Shown here piece by piece: positions 10,689-24,554 of a stretch of 64,000 bases of DNA; the stretch's first letter is position 1, and each line of letters begins with the position of its first letter. The notes below the pieces were generated by a model. That model made no database searches and had not been told where the DNA came from. It saw only the letters and a program-made list of their open reading frames with translations. The DNA lies in contig NC_090360.1 of assembly GCF_035084215.1 (NCBI RefSeq), positions 10,230,001-10,294,000 on the forward strand. The letters run 5' to 3'. A program made the translations under genes and the position numbers. The stretch is from Heptranchias perlo. Its lineage: Eukaryota.

Positions 10689-11990
10689 TTGCTTGTAATC
10701 ATTATGATTCCAATATATGGACCAAAAAGAACCATCGGGTACTCTCTAACCCTTCAGTGAAAGATTGAGATGAACACATTTTCTCACTTTATAACTATAT
10801 ACAGAACATTCTGATGAATGAGTATTAGAAGTGAGAACCATTTTCAAGGTGTATACAACAGTATTTTTCACCTTATTTCCGCGAACAGCAATGAAAAGTT
10901 AAGAGTTCTTATACCCCAGATCCAAGTAAAATACCCACAGTCTTCTTGTGGTTCAGAGGGGAAGTAGTCACAACGTGTTGTTTCGTGTAAGAATATTTGT
11001 TGAATTAAGATCAATTTTGTTCAAACTGGGACTGCGAGGAAGACGAGAATTTATAGAAAATAGATACGTGGAGGCATGATTTTGTGTGCTCAAAAAGTAA
11101 CATTATGTATGTAGACAAGCAATCTCAGAATTAGTTATTCAAATATGTTGTATCTGAAATAAGTACTTTAACCATATCATTCCCTATATATTTATTCACT
11201 AAGTTGCCAGAAACTGACTTTAGGGTCGATAAGATTTCATAACTCTAATTTGTACGTATTGTACATGAAAGGTGAAAATGCAACCATTTTAAATCAATCC
11301 TTATTACAATGCGTAACTTGGCTAATCTGACGCCTTAAACCTGATATTGTAGCCCAAACCTGAATGTATGAATGTATGAATGGTATGAAAGACCGCTGAT
11401 ACCGATTTATTCAAACTCAGTCATCATCTCTTGATCCAGACTTTAATCTGACATATTGCATTTATAATATAGCAGCACACTTAGGTCAAAATAGTCCTAT
11501 ACAGAGATTCATTCCCAGAGAAAAATACACAATCGATTCTGTTTCAAGTCAAAACATGGGGGCCAATCTAAGGAGCATACAGTATATACAATATTTTTAT
11601 TCCCGCCAGATCCCTGAATAATTAAAATATTTTTTGAATACATATAGCTTTTTTTACACAGATGTACAAACTAAAACTCGCACACACGGATTCAATTCGA
11701 GAAAACTTTGCACTGGACGTCATTTAAATAGATTCGTGATAAATGCAGTTTATTATGAATGTTGGATTTTGGTTGAATGCATGTCGTTACAATTCCATCT
11801 TGATCACATTCTCCATCCACCTAAGACTCATGAAATAAGCAATTACATCAATTATACAAAAGTAATTCACGACAATGATGACATCAAATCTGGGTTATAT
11901 TAGACATCTAGTACATCACGGGCGGCAAAGTTATGTTGCATTTCATTCATTTATGTCCTTGGAAGATTTGGCTGTTGGACGGTTTAGAGT

Positions 11991-13586
11991 CTAAATGTAA
12001 TCACTACCCGATGAATCGTCTTCGGACAGAATCTGTCCAGTTTCTTTTCTCCTGTCGGTGTTGTCCAGGACCCCGGACATGGAATAGTTACCTGCCGAGC
12101 TGCCATGGGCTTTCTTACCCGCCATGCGTTCTTCCATTTTGATGGTGTCGTATAGCCCTTTGGGTCCCTCCTCCAAAAGGATATTTCTCTCAGAAAGCGA
12201 GGGTTTCATTTGGCACACGTTTCTGAGCAACAAGAGGGCAGGGGCATACAGGACGTTGGCACAGCCCATTCCAAGATTGAGCTGCACAAAGCCCAAAGTG
12301 TGGACAATTTGGCCGGCCACGATGGGTCCCAGGGCATAAGCAACAGAATAGGAGATGTCAGCTATAGCATATACACTACCATATACAGATACATGACGAA
12401 CGTCTACCAGGAAGGCAAGGGTAGGCAACAGGGCAGTGTCCACTAGGGCTATCCCAAAACAGAGGGCACACAACGGGATGATAAGTTCTTCAAAATTCCT
12501 GCAAGCTGGGACTGTACACGAGCTAGCACCTATAATAACCATGCCTAATGCCCCGTAGAACCACTGGTAATTGGGATATTTCGCAGCTAGTTTTACAGTG
12601 ATGTATACGCCTAGGATGTGCGGGAAAAATGCCGGCAACCATGTTAGTCCCATTTGCCATTCAGTGGCATTCATTTTCTTTTTCATCCAGGATGATATGG
12701 TAGGTTCTAGGAAAGCTAGTGGGATATTACAAGTGGTAAGAGCCCCGGCTACAACAGCAATATAAGGGTCGATCATAAGTTTATAGATGGGGGTGCCTTG
12801 CGGCATATTTTCACGTGTTCTACTAGTAAAAGGTTTAATGACAGTTAGCAACAAAATACCGTCCATCAGGGAGACAAAGGATAACACTAGGAAGGGGACA
12901 CTCTTGCCCGCGAACTCGTATAATATACCACCAAAGGGGGGCGCCACCAAACTTCCAAAGGAGATGAAAGCCAAGGCGATGCCGAGGGCTGTGCTCCTCT
13001 CCGACTCTTCCGTGTATTTGTCCGCGATCATGGCAATTCCGGAGGTATCTGCAAACGCCGACCCCAACCCTTGGAGGCTTCTGGCTACGAATAGCATGGC
13101 ATAGCTTTCGCCGAAAGCAAAGGTGAGGGTGGAAAAGAACATAATGGTGAGCCCTATGAATAGAGGAATGTCGTACCCCACCCGGTCAATGAAAGTACCA
13201 GTCAATGGGTTAGCAAGCAGCTGAAGGATGGCTTTAGACGCAAAGAGCACCCCGATTTGCAAGTCTTCATTTTCATTGGGGTTCCTGTACAATATGGGTC
13301 TCTGCGTGGAGTTGACAAACGAACCATTGGTTCCGTTGGAAGATGACGTGACATACACCAGTTTATAAGTTCTTATAGTTTCAAGGTAGTTTGGTATGAT
13401 CGGTACAATCACCATATACAGCATGTTGTCCAACAAGAGTGCAATGCATACAATGACCAGCATAATTCTTCGCTGCCGCCGCGGTTCATGCATAGCACCA
13501 CTTATCTGTTTAGTTCTTTCGCCAACCACGTCTGAAATTTTCACCACGGCTGACTTCGCCAGTCCGATCGTCATTTCTGCAGCCAT
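11991..13586 (-). CDS. SLC18A3: Vesicular acetylcholine transporter (VAChT), intronless, 531 aa
   Basis: MFS multi-TM protein with [49 protein letters not shown] and the C-terminal SERNILLEE dileucine motif; closely resembles Torpedo VAChT; upstream of CHAT coding exons on the same strand. Confidence 0.98.
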   Translation of the reverse strand: MAAEMTIGLAKSAVVKISDVVGERTKQISGAMHEPRRQRRIMLVIVCIALLLDNMLYMVIVPIIPNYLETIRTYKLVYVTSSSNGTNGSFVNSTQRPILYRNPNENEDLQIGVLFASKAILQLLANPLTGTFIDRVGYDIPLFIGLTIMFFSTLTFAFGESYAMLFVARSLQGLGSAFADTSGIAMIADKYTEESERSTALGIALAFISFGSLVAPPFGGILYEFAGKSVPFLVLSFVSLMDGILLLTVIKPFTSRTRENMPQGTPIYKLMIDPYIAVVAGALTTCNIPLAFLEPTISSWMKKKMNATEWQMGLTWLPAFFPHILGVYITVKLAAKYPNYQWFYGALGMVIIGASSCTVPACRNFEELIIPLCALCFGIALVDTALLPTLAFLVDVRHVSVYGSVYAIADISYSVAYALGPIVAGQIVHTLGFVQLNLGMGCANVLYAPALLLLRNVCQMKPSLSERNILLEEGPKGLYDTIKMEERMAGKKAHGSSAGNYSMSGVLDNTDRRKETGQILSEDDSSGSDYI

Positions 13587-16129
13587 GATTGTCCACTATT
13601 GATCTGAACAAACTTTCTCTCAGCTCAACAGAACGGATTTGGTCTTCTGTCACTCTTGGCTCTCGCAGGCGGATACTGTAACTATTATCTCGACATTGAT
13701 TCCCGAAAACTTTCTGGCTTTACTTCCGATCAGTGAAACCGACAGACACTGATTTCACTAAATCTGTTCTGTGATCTTGGTGCATAGTCCCTGGCCCACG
13801 AGAAGGAGCTCACAGCAACAAGGGGACAGATGTGGCGGTGGAGAGATTTCACTCGTAAACACGCTGAACCAAGAACTCTTCAAGCCTGCTTTGCTGTAAT
13901 TCCTCGTTCAGTCCAGAAAAAAAACACAATTAAGAGATTCTAGTGACTAGCGAGCGGTCACATTACCAGATTCTAGGAGATTTGAGCTTCTGCAGTTCAT
14001 ACTTTTTCCCACCTGTAACATTCAATTCGTCTTCCGCTTGATTCCGGGACACTGGGTATGCTGCCCATTTACACCCATTGAGTCGCATGCTCTCCGACTC
14101 CTCGGTTTTTCGAAAGCTTATGACGCGCTCTTGCTCTGCCCGGTCTAGTTACATCTGAATACGCCCATTATGTTAATTTGACACGTGACCGGGTCTTCTC
14201 CAATTACAGCCAAGACGGGGATTCCTGTCTTCACGAAAGGCGGAGCTCCGAGCGAGCAGTCCAATGTTGGAACAAAGGCGTTAACGGTGCGTCTCCAACA
14301 TTTGCTCAACACATTTTAGGAGAACTCGTCCTATTGCTCTGTTGCTTTGATGTTCACGTAGGACTGGAGACAGGGTGACTTGACAACTTGCAAAATATAC
14401 GATGCGCACAAACTATTTAGCAACTACGAGCATATTGGGACAGAAACTGAATATTTTTAACTGGAATATAGAAATAGACAGTCCGCGTAGTTTATGGACT
14501 GGGTTAATTTCCACAGTCTCTCCAATTGTGTCCCAGTGTTGGTGCCTGGTACTGAATGTTCAGCCTTACACTGTTGCCGCTTGATAATAAAGAGTGCAGT
14601 AAATACCCCACTATTTGTAACAGCGGATTCTTCTGCTGTACGCTCTCTCCACTTTCACCGTTTTTTCGGCAGCGTCACAGTAACTGCAGCCCAGTATTTT
14701 TCAGTGGCGTTAAAATAACATTCTCTCCTCCCACACCCCCATAATTGAAATTACTAATTCCCAATCGCTCTCATCTTTTCCAGTCCAACTGCCTATTTCT
14801 CAGCCAACCAATTGCATTTGTTGGTTGCTCTTATCGAGATTAATCTGTATGTCAGATAAATGTGCATTAGGTTTCTGTCTTTGTGTACTGCAATATCTCG
14901 TTGTCTATCTCTTGTGTGTTCCACTTATATAATGGAACTAAAACATGACAGCGGGACACCATTGAGTCAAAGGACAACATGAGTTGCTGAGTGGGTGAAA
15001 AGGCCTTAACAGAATATTGCATATTCACAGCAACTGGAGGGGCAGCAGTCTAGGTGTGACTCAGACCTTACTAGAATCTTCCTTGAAGTTGCTTCCTCAT
15101 TTAAAACAAAAACAATTTATCTTATCAGTTTTGTCCGGGCTGTGGACTGTGCAAGGGTAATGATTCAGTAATGTTATCCTTTTGAAATTGTTACCCATGT
15201 TCATCAATTAGCAGGCAGCGCTGAAAACAGGCTTCTCGCATGAGTGCTCTCGAACTGATCATGTTTGGCATCCGATTCCAAGGGCATGATCTACTCCGAA
15301 TTAAGCTGCAAACTTGAGTCACTTTTCTATCCCTCGTCAGGTCCATTCACTGTAGATTACCTACTGCCGCAGTGAGAGCTATTTTCAAACGCACGATTGT
15401 TCTCTTATCAATCACTGTTTTGGTAGAAGGGCGCGATAGAGGAACATGAATAACAATTGCTAACCTTTTCTGTTCACTCGGGGTTATAGCTGGAACCCAA
15501 AATGTGTTCCAACGTTTGAAACTCGAGGTTTAACTGCAGTCGGTTTTTGTGTTATAATAACCCGAATTAAAAGGGAAATGGCGAAAGTTTTCACTCCTTT
15601 TGTTGAGTTCTCGACCGTGACCTCAGAGGACACGGACTTTAATTCCCGGTTGAGGTCACTCACTAAAGTTAATTGTCCACTTGGACGGTCAAGAGAGAAA
15701 ATTTTAGTGCAAGGATATAACATTTTTAGGTAATAAATTACACTAGAATCACGACGCTAAGCTTGTCGATGCTGATGCTTTATTATTCCTTCAGCTGGTA
15801 TTTTGGGAGAAAGTGAAACCGATGAGAAAAATATAAATATATAGAATCGCTGAGGTCATACCTCAAAACTCCTTCAAGCGGCAGACTGAAATGACAAGCA
15901 TTCTGGCGCAAAATACGTTGCATCGGCGAGAAACCCTGTCACTGGAGAAAGTGATCAAAGCAAACTGAATCTGACAGATACGCCAAACAACTGGACGGCA
16001 CATAAATGCTGGAAAATGCACTATCTTGGTTTTATTTTAGATATTTCTAATGATTGGCAATCAAATCACAGTACACTACCCACACTGATTAACAGTACGA
16101 ATGGAAAGTCATTCTGGTTAGGAAACTAT

Positions 16130-16558
16130 GTACATTGGTTGGGGACATTCTGAGTCAGAAGATTGTGTGTTGAAGTCCCACTCCAGAGACTTGAGCACAA
16201 AATCGAGGCTGACACTCCAGTGCAGTACTGAGGGAGCGCTGCACTGTGGGAGGTGCCGTTTTTGGAACTGAGAGGTTAAACTGAGGCGTGTCTGCTCTCT
16301 CAGGTGGATGTAAAAGATTCCACGGCACTATTTCAAAGAGCAGGGGAGATCTCCTGGGTGTTCTGGCCAATATTTATCCTTCAACCAACATGGCCAAAAC
16401 AGATTATCTGGCCATTGTCACATTGCTGTTTGTGAGTCCTTGCTGTGCCCAATTTGGCTGATGAGTTTCCTACATTACAACAATGACTACACTTCAGTGG
16501 CTGTAAAGCGCATTGAGAAGCCCCCGGGTCGTGAAAGGCGCTATATAAATGCAAGTCT
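16130..16558 (+). mobile_element. Deu-domain (SacSINE1/AmnSINE-like) SINE
   Basis: tRNA-like head, gacactccagtgcagtactgagggagcgctgcactgt core, L2-like tail gcgctatataaatgcaagt; second copy at ~59330-59768. Confidence 0.75.
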
Positions 16559-19500
16559 TTCCTTCATTTATTGCAATTGACACTTTAGCAAACGCGGTGA
16601 TGTAACTTGAAACTGACCGACAGTGTAAGTGACCAGCGACGGTGTTAAATCAATGGGACACCTTTTTATTAAAGTCAGAAGATTTAACACTTCAAACTGT
16701 TGGTGGGACTTCTAATTCGTGACGGAAACACATCCACCATTTGATACTCGAGTTTCTGAATGGCGGGGAAACCACGTGCGAAGGCGAAAGTGTATGTTTG
16801 TATATTGAGTATGTACATTTATTTGTATTGAATTCACATATGTCCATAGGTTCAAACATTGACCGTATAAATACAGAATCGCGCAGGTATGAACCTATAC
16901 GTTCTTTTGCAAACACTTATACACTAATAGCGCGCACACTTATGCATACCGTTGCAGGCAAACCATTGAAACCACAAAAAACTTAACAAAGTTATCTGAT
17001 ACAGATAAAATAATCTCTATCAACTCTGGTCTCTGATAGGAAACGGTAATGGCCACGGTTACGTTTTATCGGGAGCAATTTACGCGTCTGCGGTTTGGTA
17101 AGATCAATGAGACCTCAGTATGTTTTGATTTTCTGCCTGACTCAATCTAAGCGATATTCAGCTCGAGTTGCGTATCAATTTTAATCAACTATATGGCCAA
17201 TTTACTTTCCAGAATGGACTTTATTGACATCGCAGCTTGCCAAAAGTAAAGTAACTTGAGCTTTTACATTTCTCTGGGGCCAGCACATTATTCTTGGCGT
17301 CAGACTCAGATAGGTCAAGTGTATGTGCATAATTAGTATAGATGTTTCTGGCGGTCATTAAATTGACTCCTTTCATTTTCAAAATGGAATATTTAAAGGT
17401 CTTGGCATTGTGGAAAACACGACATGACTCATAATCATTGGTTGAAATGAATTTCCATTCTTCAAGCCATTGATAACGGGCGATTAAATTATGACAAAGT
17501 GTCTTTTCGTAATTACATTTTTGTATCTATATGTCATTCTGTGGCACGAATAGACCAAGGTATGAGGTAACCACTTGGCAGAAGATTTCATTGCGCAACA
17601 ACATTTTGCGTTTAACCTTGAATACGGGATCTGAGTTTCAAAGCAGCACAAGGATTACTTTCCCCTAACTTGGAGCAAGCAGGCACATCCTACACAAAGG
17701 GATTATCATGAAACTCCAGTTGAAATAAAAATGTTTTAGCATCACTTTTAAATTGGACTTCAATTATACATTTGGAAAATTAGTTCAAAGCCTTCTTGCA
17801 ATTTTCCATCACCTCATCCCGCGCTATTACTAAATAAATATTCCATCAATTATTCCAATTTTTATCAAGACTTTCATCAGACAACAGAAATTGCCCCATT
17901 TACAAAATAAGTAATGTTCATCACTGTCAAACCTCTTATCATAACCTAAGAAAAAGGTAATCCTTTGATAAGGCAATTCCTTCCTCACTTCTAGCTTCCT
18001 GGTCCTTCTATTGTAAGATGTTGTCTTTGTTTTAGAAATATTAATTTGGTCAGTGTTTTATATGAATTTTCTCGTTTTGTGCCTTCCAAGCTGCAAATTT
18101 CATTGCTCCACACGCTCTTCTTCCTCGATATAGTTCCCTCCATGTTGAAATCACATGACGGAGTCTCCTACTTAATTATTTTTCCCCAAGATTTCAAAAC
18201 TGTAGAATTCCTCACGACCTTCAATCTTTCCTTCCTCTTAAAATCTTCAGGGATTTATAATCCAAAATTCGATTCTTCTATTCATTACTTCCTGCTTTTC
18301 CTCCTCTTCTTTCTTATTTTCGGTGGTGTAGTACACCTTGGTTTCTTAATTTTAGGAAATGCTATCAGCTCAAGTTCTGAGGTCATATTACAGTTTCAAT
18401 CTAAATTTATAGCCTGCTGGTAGAATTGTGGGAAGACATGGTTTAGAAATGTGCAACGCCTGAAAATGCAATTTTGTTAGCAGGAATGAAGGCGACCAAT
18501 CACAATCAACTTGTAGTCATCTTTTTATTGGCTAATGAGCCACTCAGCTGGAATAAATTCCAGAAAATTCACTAATGCAGACACGGAACGTGCATCGTTG
18601 TGAGTAATGGATCAATGTTACATTTTGAAAGCCTGATTTACGTGTCCTAGATGCAACGGTGATTGCCGTAATGGAACCATGTGAGCAGATTTTTGGTGCA
18701 AACAAAGCAACAAGTCCATGATTTGGAGAGTCTTGCAGGAAGCCTGGAAGTAGTGATGGGACTTTATAAAAAAAAACATTAAAAAAGCACAAAGGTAAAC
18801 CATGAATATTCTTGTAAAAGCAACACAGTAGATATATAGACATGACATATCTTGGTGTAAGAGTCTGTCACTTTAAAGGGAAGCTACTGACAGCTGCTTC
18901 TGGAGGCTGCAGAGTTTAGATATTATGGTCTGGTAGGCTGTAGGGCGTTTCCAAATCTGAGGATGCTTACCTAATTACTGTGTCCATTTGTGTTCAAAAT
19001 ATTTTACTAATATGTATCTGCAAGAAACGGTAGCTTAATATACTAATGTCTATTAAGTGCAGAGCCGTAGCACTATTTTGTCCAGCAGTGTCCTTGTTAG
19101 CTGTCTGAATAGATTTTAATATCCTGTAATTACAGGGTTGAACTTCCGTGGGTGGTGGAGAGTTCCCTGACCAGCAAACATCATTTTGCATTTGACATCC
19201 TGTGGGTTTTTTTTTTGAAGTATGTTTGATCGGCAGCTCTGTCTGAGTTGGAGAAATATATATTTTAATTCCTTTTTGTTCAGGGATATCTTGAAAGGAA
19301 TTTGGAACTATATCGTGGGTGTATCCCACTAACTTTGCAGTCATTCTGAAGCCAACAGCAATAGTGCAGGGCAGAGATTCCAAAGCAGCAAATCACCGTG
19401 AGATTCAAAGTTTAGTGTTATCACTGAAGCATCTTTGTTACAGCCATATTCTGAGAAGCATGGTCAATTTTGTAATTACTGTAACTCTACTGCTTGTATT

Positions 19501-20704
19501 TAATGCAATAAATGTTCAATGAATCTATCTAGTAGCTCATAGTCTAAACCACAGCCTGTCATGAGTGTTTATTCTTTTGCCTGTTGAAGTTGATGAAAGC
19601 ACATGGTGGTATGTGATGTCTCTATTGAGATGAAACTACATCACAAGGGTTCTCTGTTTGACCCTTTAGGCTTGTTATATTCACCTAAATATTGGGCAAG
19701 TAAAGCACACTCTGGGTCATATGGAGTGATATGGGTCATATGGGGTGGTCTGTAATTTTGAACCAGAGGCAAATATCTAGTGTAAAAACCCAAAAGTGTA
19801 ACACTGCAGCTGTGGTGTACTGTATGTGTTCATTAGTAAGGATGTTGTCAAGTCTTTAATAATAATAAATCATTTTACTCATGTTCACTAATGTAGCAAG
19901 AGTCTTCCAAAGCAAGATGTTTAGAAGAAATTCCAAATCAGTAACATAGTTAAAATACTATATTTGGTTTTCAAAAAAACTTTGGTGATCTTAAGGCTAT
20001 ATTTATGGGGAAACATAGTTCCACTCTGTCAATATTTCACTATTTCTTTCACCACTTCTGTCTTATGAGGAGTGAAATTTCTTGAGCACACATGAGACAG
20101 ATTTCAGAGCAATCAAAAATACAGCATTTCATTTACTCATTTCCAAAATGAGTAAATTTATGTTTTGAATTAAAACCAAAAATAAGTGAGTTTCATGAGG
20201 AAATTAGGACTTGGCTGACTTTCCTGATTAACTGCACAAAATATGGTAGAATGCCACATAATAGAAAATGAGATGGCCTCCACTTCATAGGTAAGTTTAC
20301 TTGGACAGTTGCCTTGAAAACTTTAACACTGTTACCTACCATCATACAGCTCACCCATTCTAGGATCTTTTAGATCTGTGCATGAATGCATCTATGGCAT
20401 GACAGAAATCTTCTCATGATTTTTAGTACTTACATATTGCTGAAAGCTTCTGCGTTTTGCGATGTTCCAAAGTTTTAACTAGCCACCAATGCACAATAAT
20501 GGAGAACGTTGTACAATATTTTTAGCTGGTATTACCAGTTTCTTAGACAAACGACTGTACACTAAACCAATGTAAGTGGGTCTGTAGTTAACTTCAGGAT
20601 ATTCATACATTTTGACAGCTTGTGTATCTATCACTTTGTCAGCCAGCATGCTCTTATGATAGCTGTTAAAGTCCAAATTTCCCATTTTTTCATTTTTAAA
20701 AATT

Positions 20705-21597
20705 TGTTCACGGGATGTGGGCGTCGCTGGCGAGGCCAGCATTTATTGCCCATCCCTAATTGCCCTCGAGAAGGTGGTGGTGAGCCGCCGCCTTGAACCG
20801 CTGCAGTCCGTGTGGTGAAGGTTCTCCCACAGTGCTGTTAGGAAGGGAGTTCCAGGATTTTGACCCAGCGACAATGAAGGAACGGCGATATATTTCCAAG
20901 TCGGGATGGTGTGTGACTTGGAGGGGAACGTGCAGGTGGTGTTGTTCCCATGTGCCTGCTGCTCTTGTCCTTCTAGGTGGTAGAGGTCGCGGGTTTGGGA
21001 GGTGCTGTCGAAGAAGCCTTGGCGAGTTGCTGCAGTGCATCCTGTGGATGGTACGCACTGCAGCCACAGTGCCCCGGTGGTGAAGGGAGTGAATGTTTGT
21101 TTAGGGAGGTGGATGGGGTGCCAATCAAGTGGGCTGCTTTATCCTGGATGGTGTTGAGCTTCTTGAGTGTTGTTGGAGCTGCATTCATCCAAGCAAGTGG
21201 AGAGTATTCCATCACACTCCTGACTTGTGCCTTGTAGATGGTGGAAAGGCTTTGGGGAGTCAGGAGGTGAGTCACTTGCCATAGAATAACCCAGCCTCTG
21301 ACCTGCTCTTGTAGCCACAGTATTTATATGGCTGGTCCAGTTAAGTTTCTGGTCAATGGTGACCCCCAGGATGTTGATGGTGGGGGATTCGGCGATGGTA
21401 ATGCCGTTGAATGTCAAGGGGAGGTGGTTAGACTCTCTCTTGTTGGAGATGGTCATTGCCTGGCACTTATCTGGCGCGAATGTTACTTGCCACTTATGAG
21501 CCCAAGCCTGGATGTTGTCCAGGTCTTGCTGCATGCGGGCTCGGACTGCTTCATTATTTGAGGGGTTGCGAATGGAACTGAACACTGTGCAGTCATC
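20705..21597 (-). mobile_element. CR1/L2-superfamily LINE, 5'-truncated
   Basis: ORFs 21139-21585 (MQQDLDNIQAWAHKWQVTF..ILGVTIDQKLNW) and 20973-21275; same family as 1716-2386. Confidence 0.88.
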
Positions 21598-22541
21598 TGA
21601 GACCAGTCATTGGACGTTTAATGGCATGAATATATTTTTCCTTTCTTCCCACACTTTTTTCACCTACCTCTTTAGCTTCCTTGCCCTGTTCCCTGATCAA
21701 AAAGGAACATTTTTTTTGACTGGCTCGTAAATCTCTTCTGTGGTATTCATGAATCACTCTTTGAGAAGTGAGATTTTGCTGTAGAGAATTTCTATATTAC
21801 CATGGTGATAATGCTTCAGAAACAGTTTCTTAATACACTTTAATATCTAATGTAATTGGAAAAGAGGCTGATCTTTAACAGATTTATTCTACAGATTACC
21901 TCTATAAATGGGAAATAATTGAGGTACCTGTCCAATCCCTGGGTGATCTTTCCAATGTTAGGAATTTTGGCTGCCATTTGATGAATGTCCAAGTTCCAAA
22001 GAACACCTTATTAATGGTGGTTTGTGAGCCAGTTGCCTCCACCTGAGTGAGAAGGCACTTATTTTCCTAACTCAATATGAGGAACTTCCTCATCATCAAA
22101 ATATGATTAGCCAAGAAGCCTAGAATTCAGGATATAGACTTTTCTCTTGAGTAAAGACCTTATTGTGGCTTAGGGTGGCTGTTGAAGATGGGAAGATGCA
22201 CCCCTGTATTGCCAGTTCCTCATATTTGTTCCACACTGGCTTGCTGGCAGCACTGGTAAATATGGTACATCAGGTTTGTGTACCAACATGCTTAAAGGCT
22301 CATGTGTTTGTCTTATCTTTGCATCCCTTGGGTTAGATTGCTGGTAGATTTTGAGTTGATATAATGTTTTTGTGTTTAGTGATAAGGCAATACTTAGTTA
22401 CCACAGGCAAATGAATGGCAGTCACATGAAGGTTACCTTGACTAGTGAGTGAATATATATTTGATAGATTTGGATAGTTATATGAATAAGTGTTGACCTG
22501 TAAAATAAGCTATGACAGGTCCAAAGACCAAGCGAATTACA

Positions 22542-22767
22542 GAAATAAAAACAGAAAATGCTGGAAATACTCCAAGTCAGACAGCATCTGTGGAGAAAGA
22601 AACAGAATTAATATTTCAGGTCGATGACCCTTCATCAGTTCTGACGAAAGGTCATCGACCTGAAATGTTAACTCTCTTTCTCCACAGATGGTGTCTGACT
22701 TGCTGAGTATTTCCACCATTTTCTGTTTTTATTTCAAATTTCCAGCAGCCACAGTATTTTGCTTTTG
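22542..22767 (+). mobile_element. Fold-back Penelope-like non-autonomous element, family B, with central hammerhead motif
   Basis: Imperfect ~95-bp inverted arms (22542-22638 / 22641-22735) plus 3' tail; centre AGTT-CTGACGA-A-AGGTC(atc)GACCT-GAAA-TG-T-T-AACT. Confidence 0.75.
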
Positions 22768-24554
22768 ATTTTAGAAGAGCATTACAGAGCTGCATGCTCA
22801 TGTCTTTTGTCTCATCAGCCCAAATCTCTAGATGGTAATTGAAGTATGATGCCCATCTTTGTATTTTTGCCAAATTCTGCAAGTACAGATATCTGAAGTG
22901 GATTAATGAATTTATGGTTCTGTCAAGATTCAATTTGTGGCAATTAGGAAGTGAAGCTGTCCATGACCCCTCTTCTCTCCCACCTACCAGTAGTGTTAAT
23001 ACTTGCTCTATTCAAGTTAGCCAACAAGGGTTTCTAGAATTGATATATCTATTGTTGCCTTCCTCATTTTATCAACTTTTTAACATAAGGAAATTTAGTT
23101 TGGAGCCATACGGAAAGGTGTAACTTGGTCACATTGAGATGACCTTTATACTCGGAATCTTTCATATGAAAGATTCCAAGATGAACTCACTGAGAGCTGT
23201 TTTCCTTTGGGTTTTTTTAGGCTCTGAATACTGTAAGTTAAGAAATGTACCCTGTTTACAGTTACTTAATTCCAAATATTTAAAAATATTAGAGTTCCAG
23301 ATTATCATCAGATATGTGTCATCCTTATTAAAATAGCTGAAGCCCTTATTTTAGATTGTTATACTGAAAGGTGGTTGAAGACATCAACAATAGGATTGGA
23401 CTTTAAAAGTCTATTTTGTTTTTCTGGCATGGTGCTGTGCTCTTGCAAGATCTGAGATTGTGTTGGAAATTTCAATTCCAGCTGGCAATAGATTAATAAA
23501 AATAAACTGCTGTGTTCTGCAGCAGGTAGAATTATATACTTCAAACAAACTTTCCTGTTCCAGAAGTGTATCAATATTTGCTAGGTGTCCTCCTGCAGAA
23601 AAGTTTGAAACCCCCTGGAATAACCTTTCTGTCATGTCTTTGTCAAATTCCTGGACTCATGGAGTCAGATGTTCTGCTGTCATCCAAGCCTTTTTGCTGA
23701 TTTGTGTGTCATTGGTAGTGTGTGTACATTCTTCAAAAAATAAACGTTTCCCAGATTTGCCATTGTATATTTGGAAGCCTTTTCTCTAACTTGTGCTGCC
23801 CTGTGTTTTTTTTTTCTGCCCTGAACATCTCTCTCCTGTGCAGCCAAGGTCCTTCACAAGAGTTGATAAAGCAAGTCAAACTAGCCTGTGTTTAAATCAT
23901 CCTTTCTACAGTAAACACCTGACAATATATCTGTGGCAACATTCTTCTGTCATCCTGGTGTAACAGAGTTGGCCTCATTCCTAATCATTTGAAACACTAA
24001 AGCACGTGCTGCTTGGAATTCTGTAGCCAGCCAGTGCTATATTTAACAGGCCAGTTATACTAAATGGCATGCACTGATGCAAAATGTTTTATGATATTGA
24101 ATAAGAATAAATGAGTTTGTGTTTTCTTATAATACATTTAACACTTGGAAAATGCAAGACTCACCTATACGTAGCATAGATGGTTCAAAACATAGCAATT
24201 CATACTTTAGTGATATGTTTCAAGTTGTAAAAATACATGTATTCTGTTCTGCAAATCAATTTTTAAAAATTACTTTATATAAAATAACTCAAGTGCAATA
24301 TTTTAAATTTAAAAAAACTTAGATGAACACTTTCAAAATGCACTGCAGTTGTTTATTTTGTATAAACACTGACCTGTTAGAATCAGTCTCCAATGGTCTT
24401 CAGTGGTCCCAAGCTGATGGGTGAACAACCTTGCCTTTACCACAAATAAAACATTGACAGAGTTTCTCCTCATTCCCACTTGATTAAACCACTTTGTTGG
24501 TGCTTTTTTGAATTATGGAAATTGACTTCTCCATTTTATTGTGGAAAAAGCTAC

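Noticed and set aside
12124-13602. Several plus-strand ORFs overlapping VAChT
   Set aside because: Antisense shadows of the real coding sequence.
17540-17640. Minus-strand peptide LLRNEIFCQV resembling a MyTH4 motif
   Set aside because: Isolated short match with no further exons or convincing splice sites; likely chance.
23340-23790. Overlapping 70-110 aa ORFs on both strands
   Set aside because: No recognisable domain or splice pattern; possibly decayed repeat.
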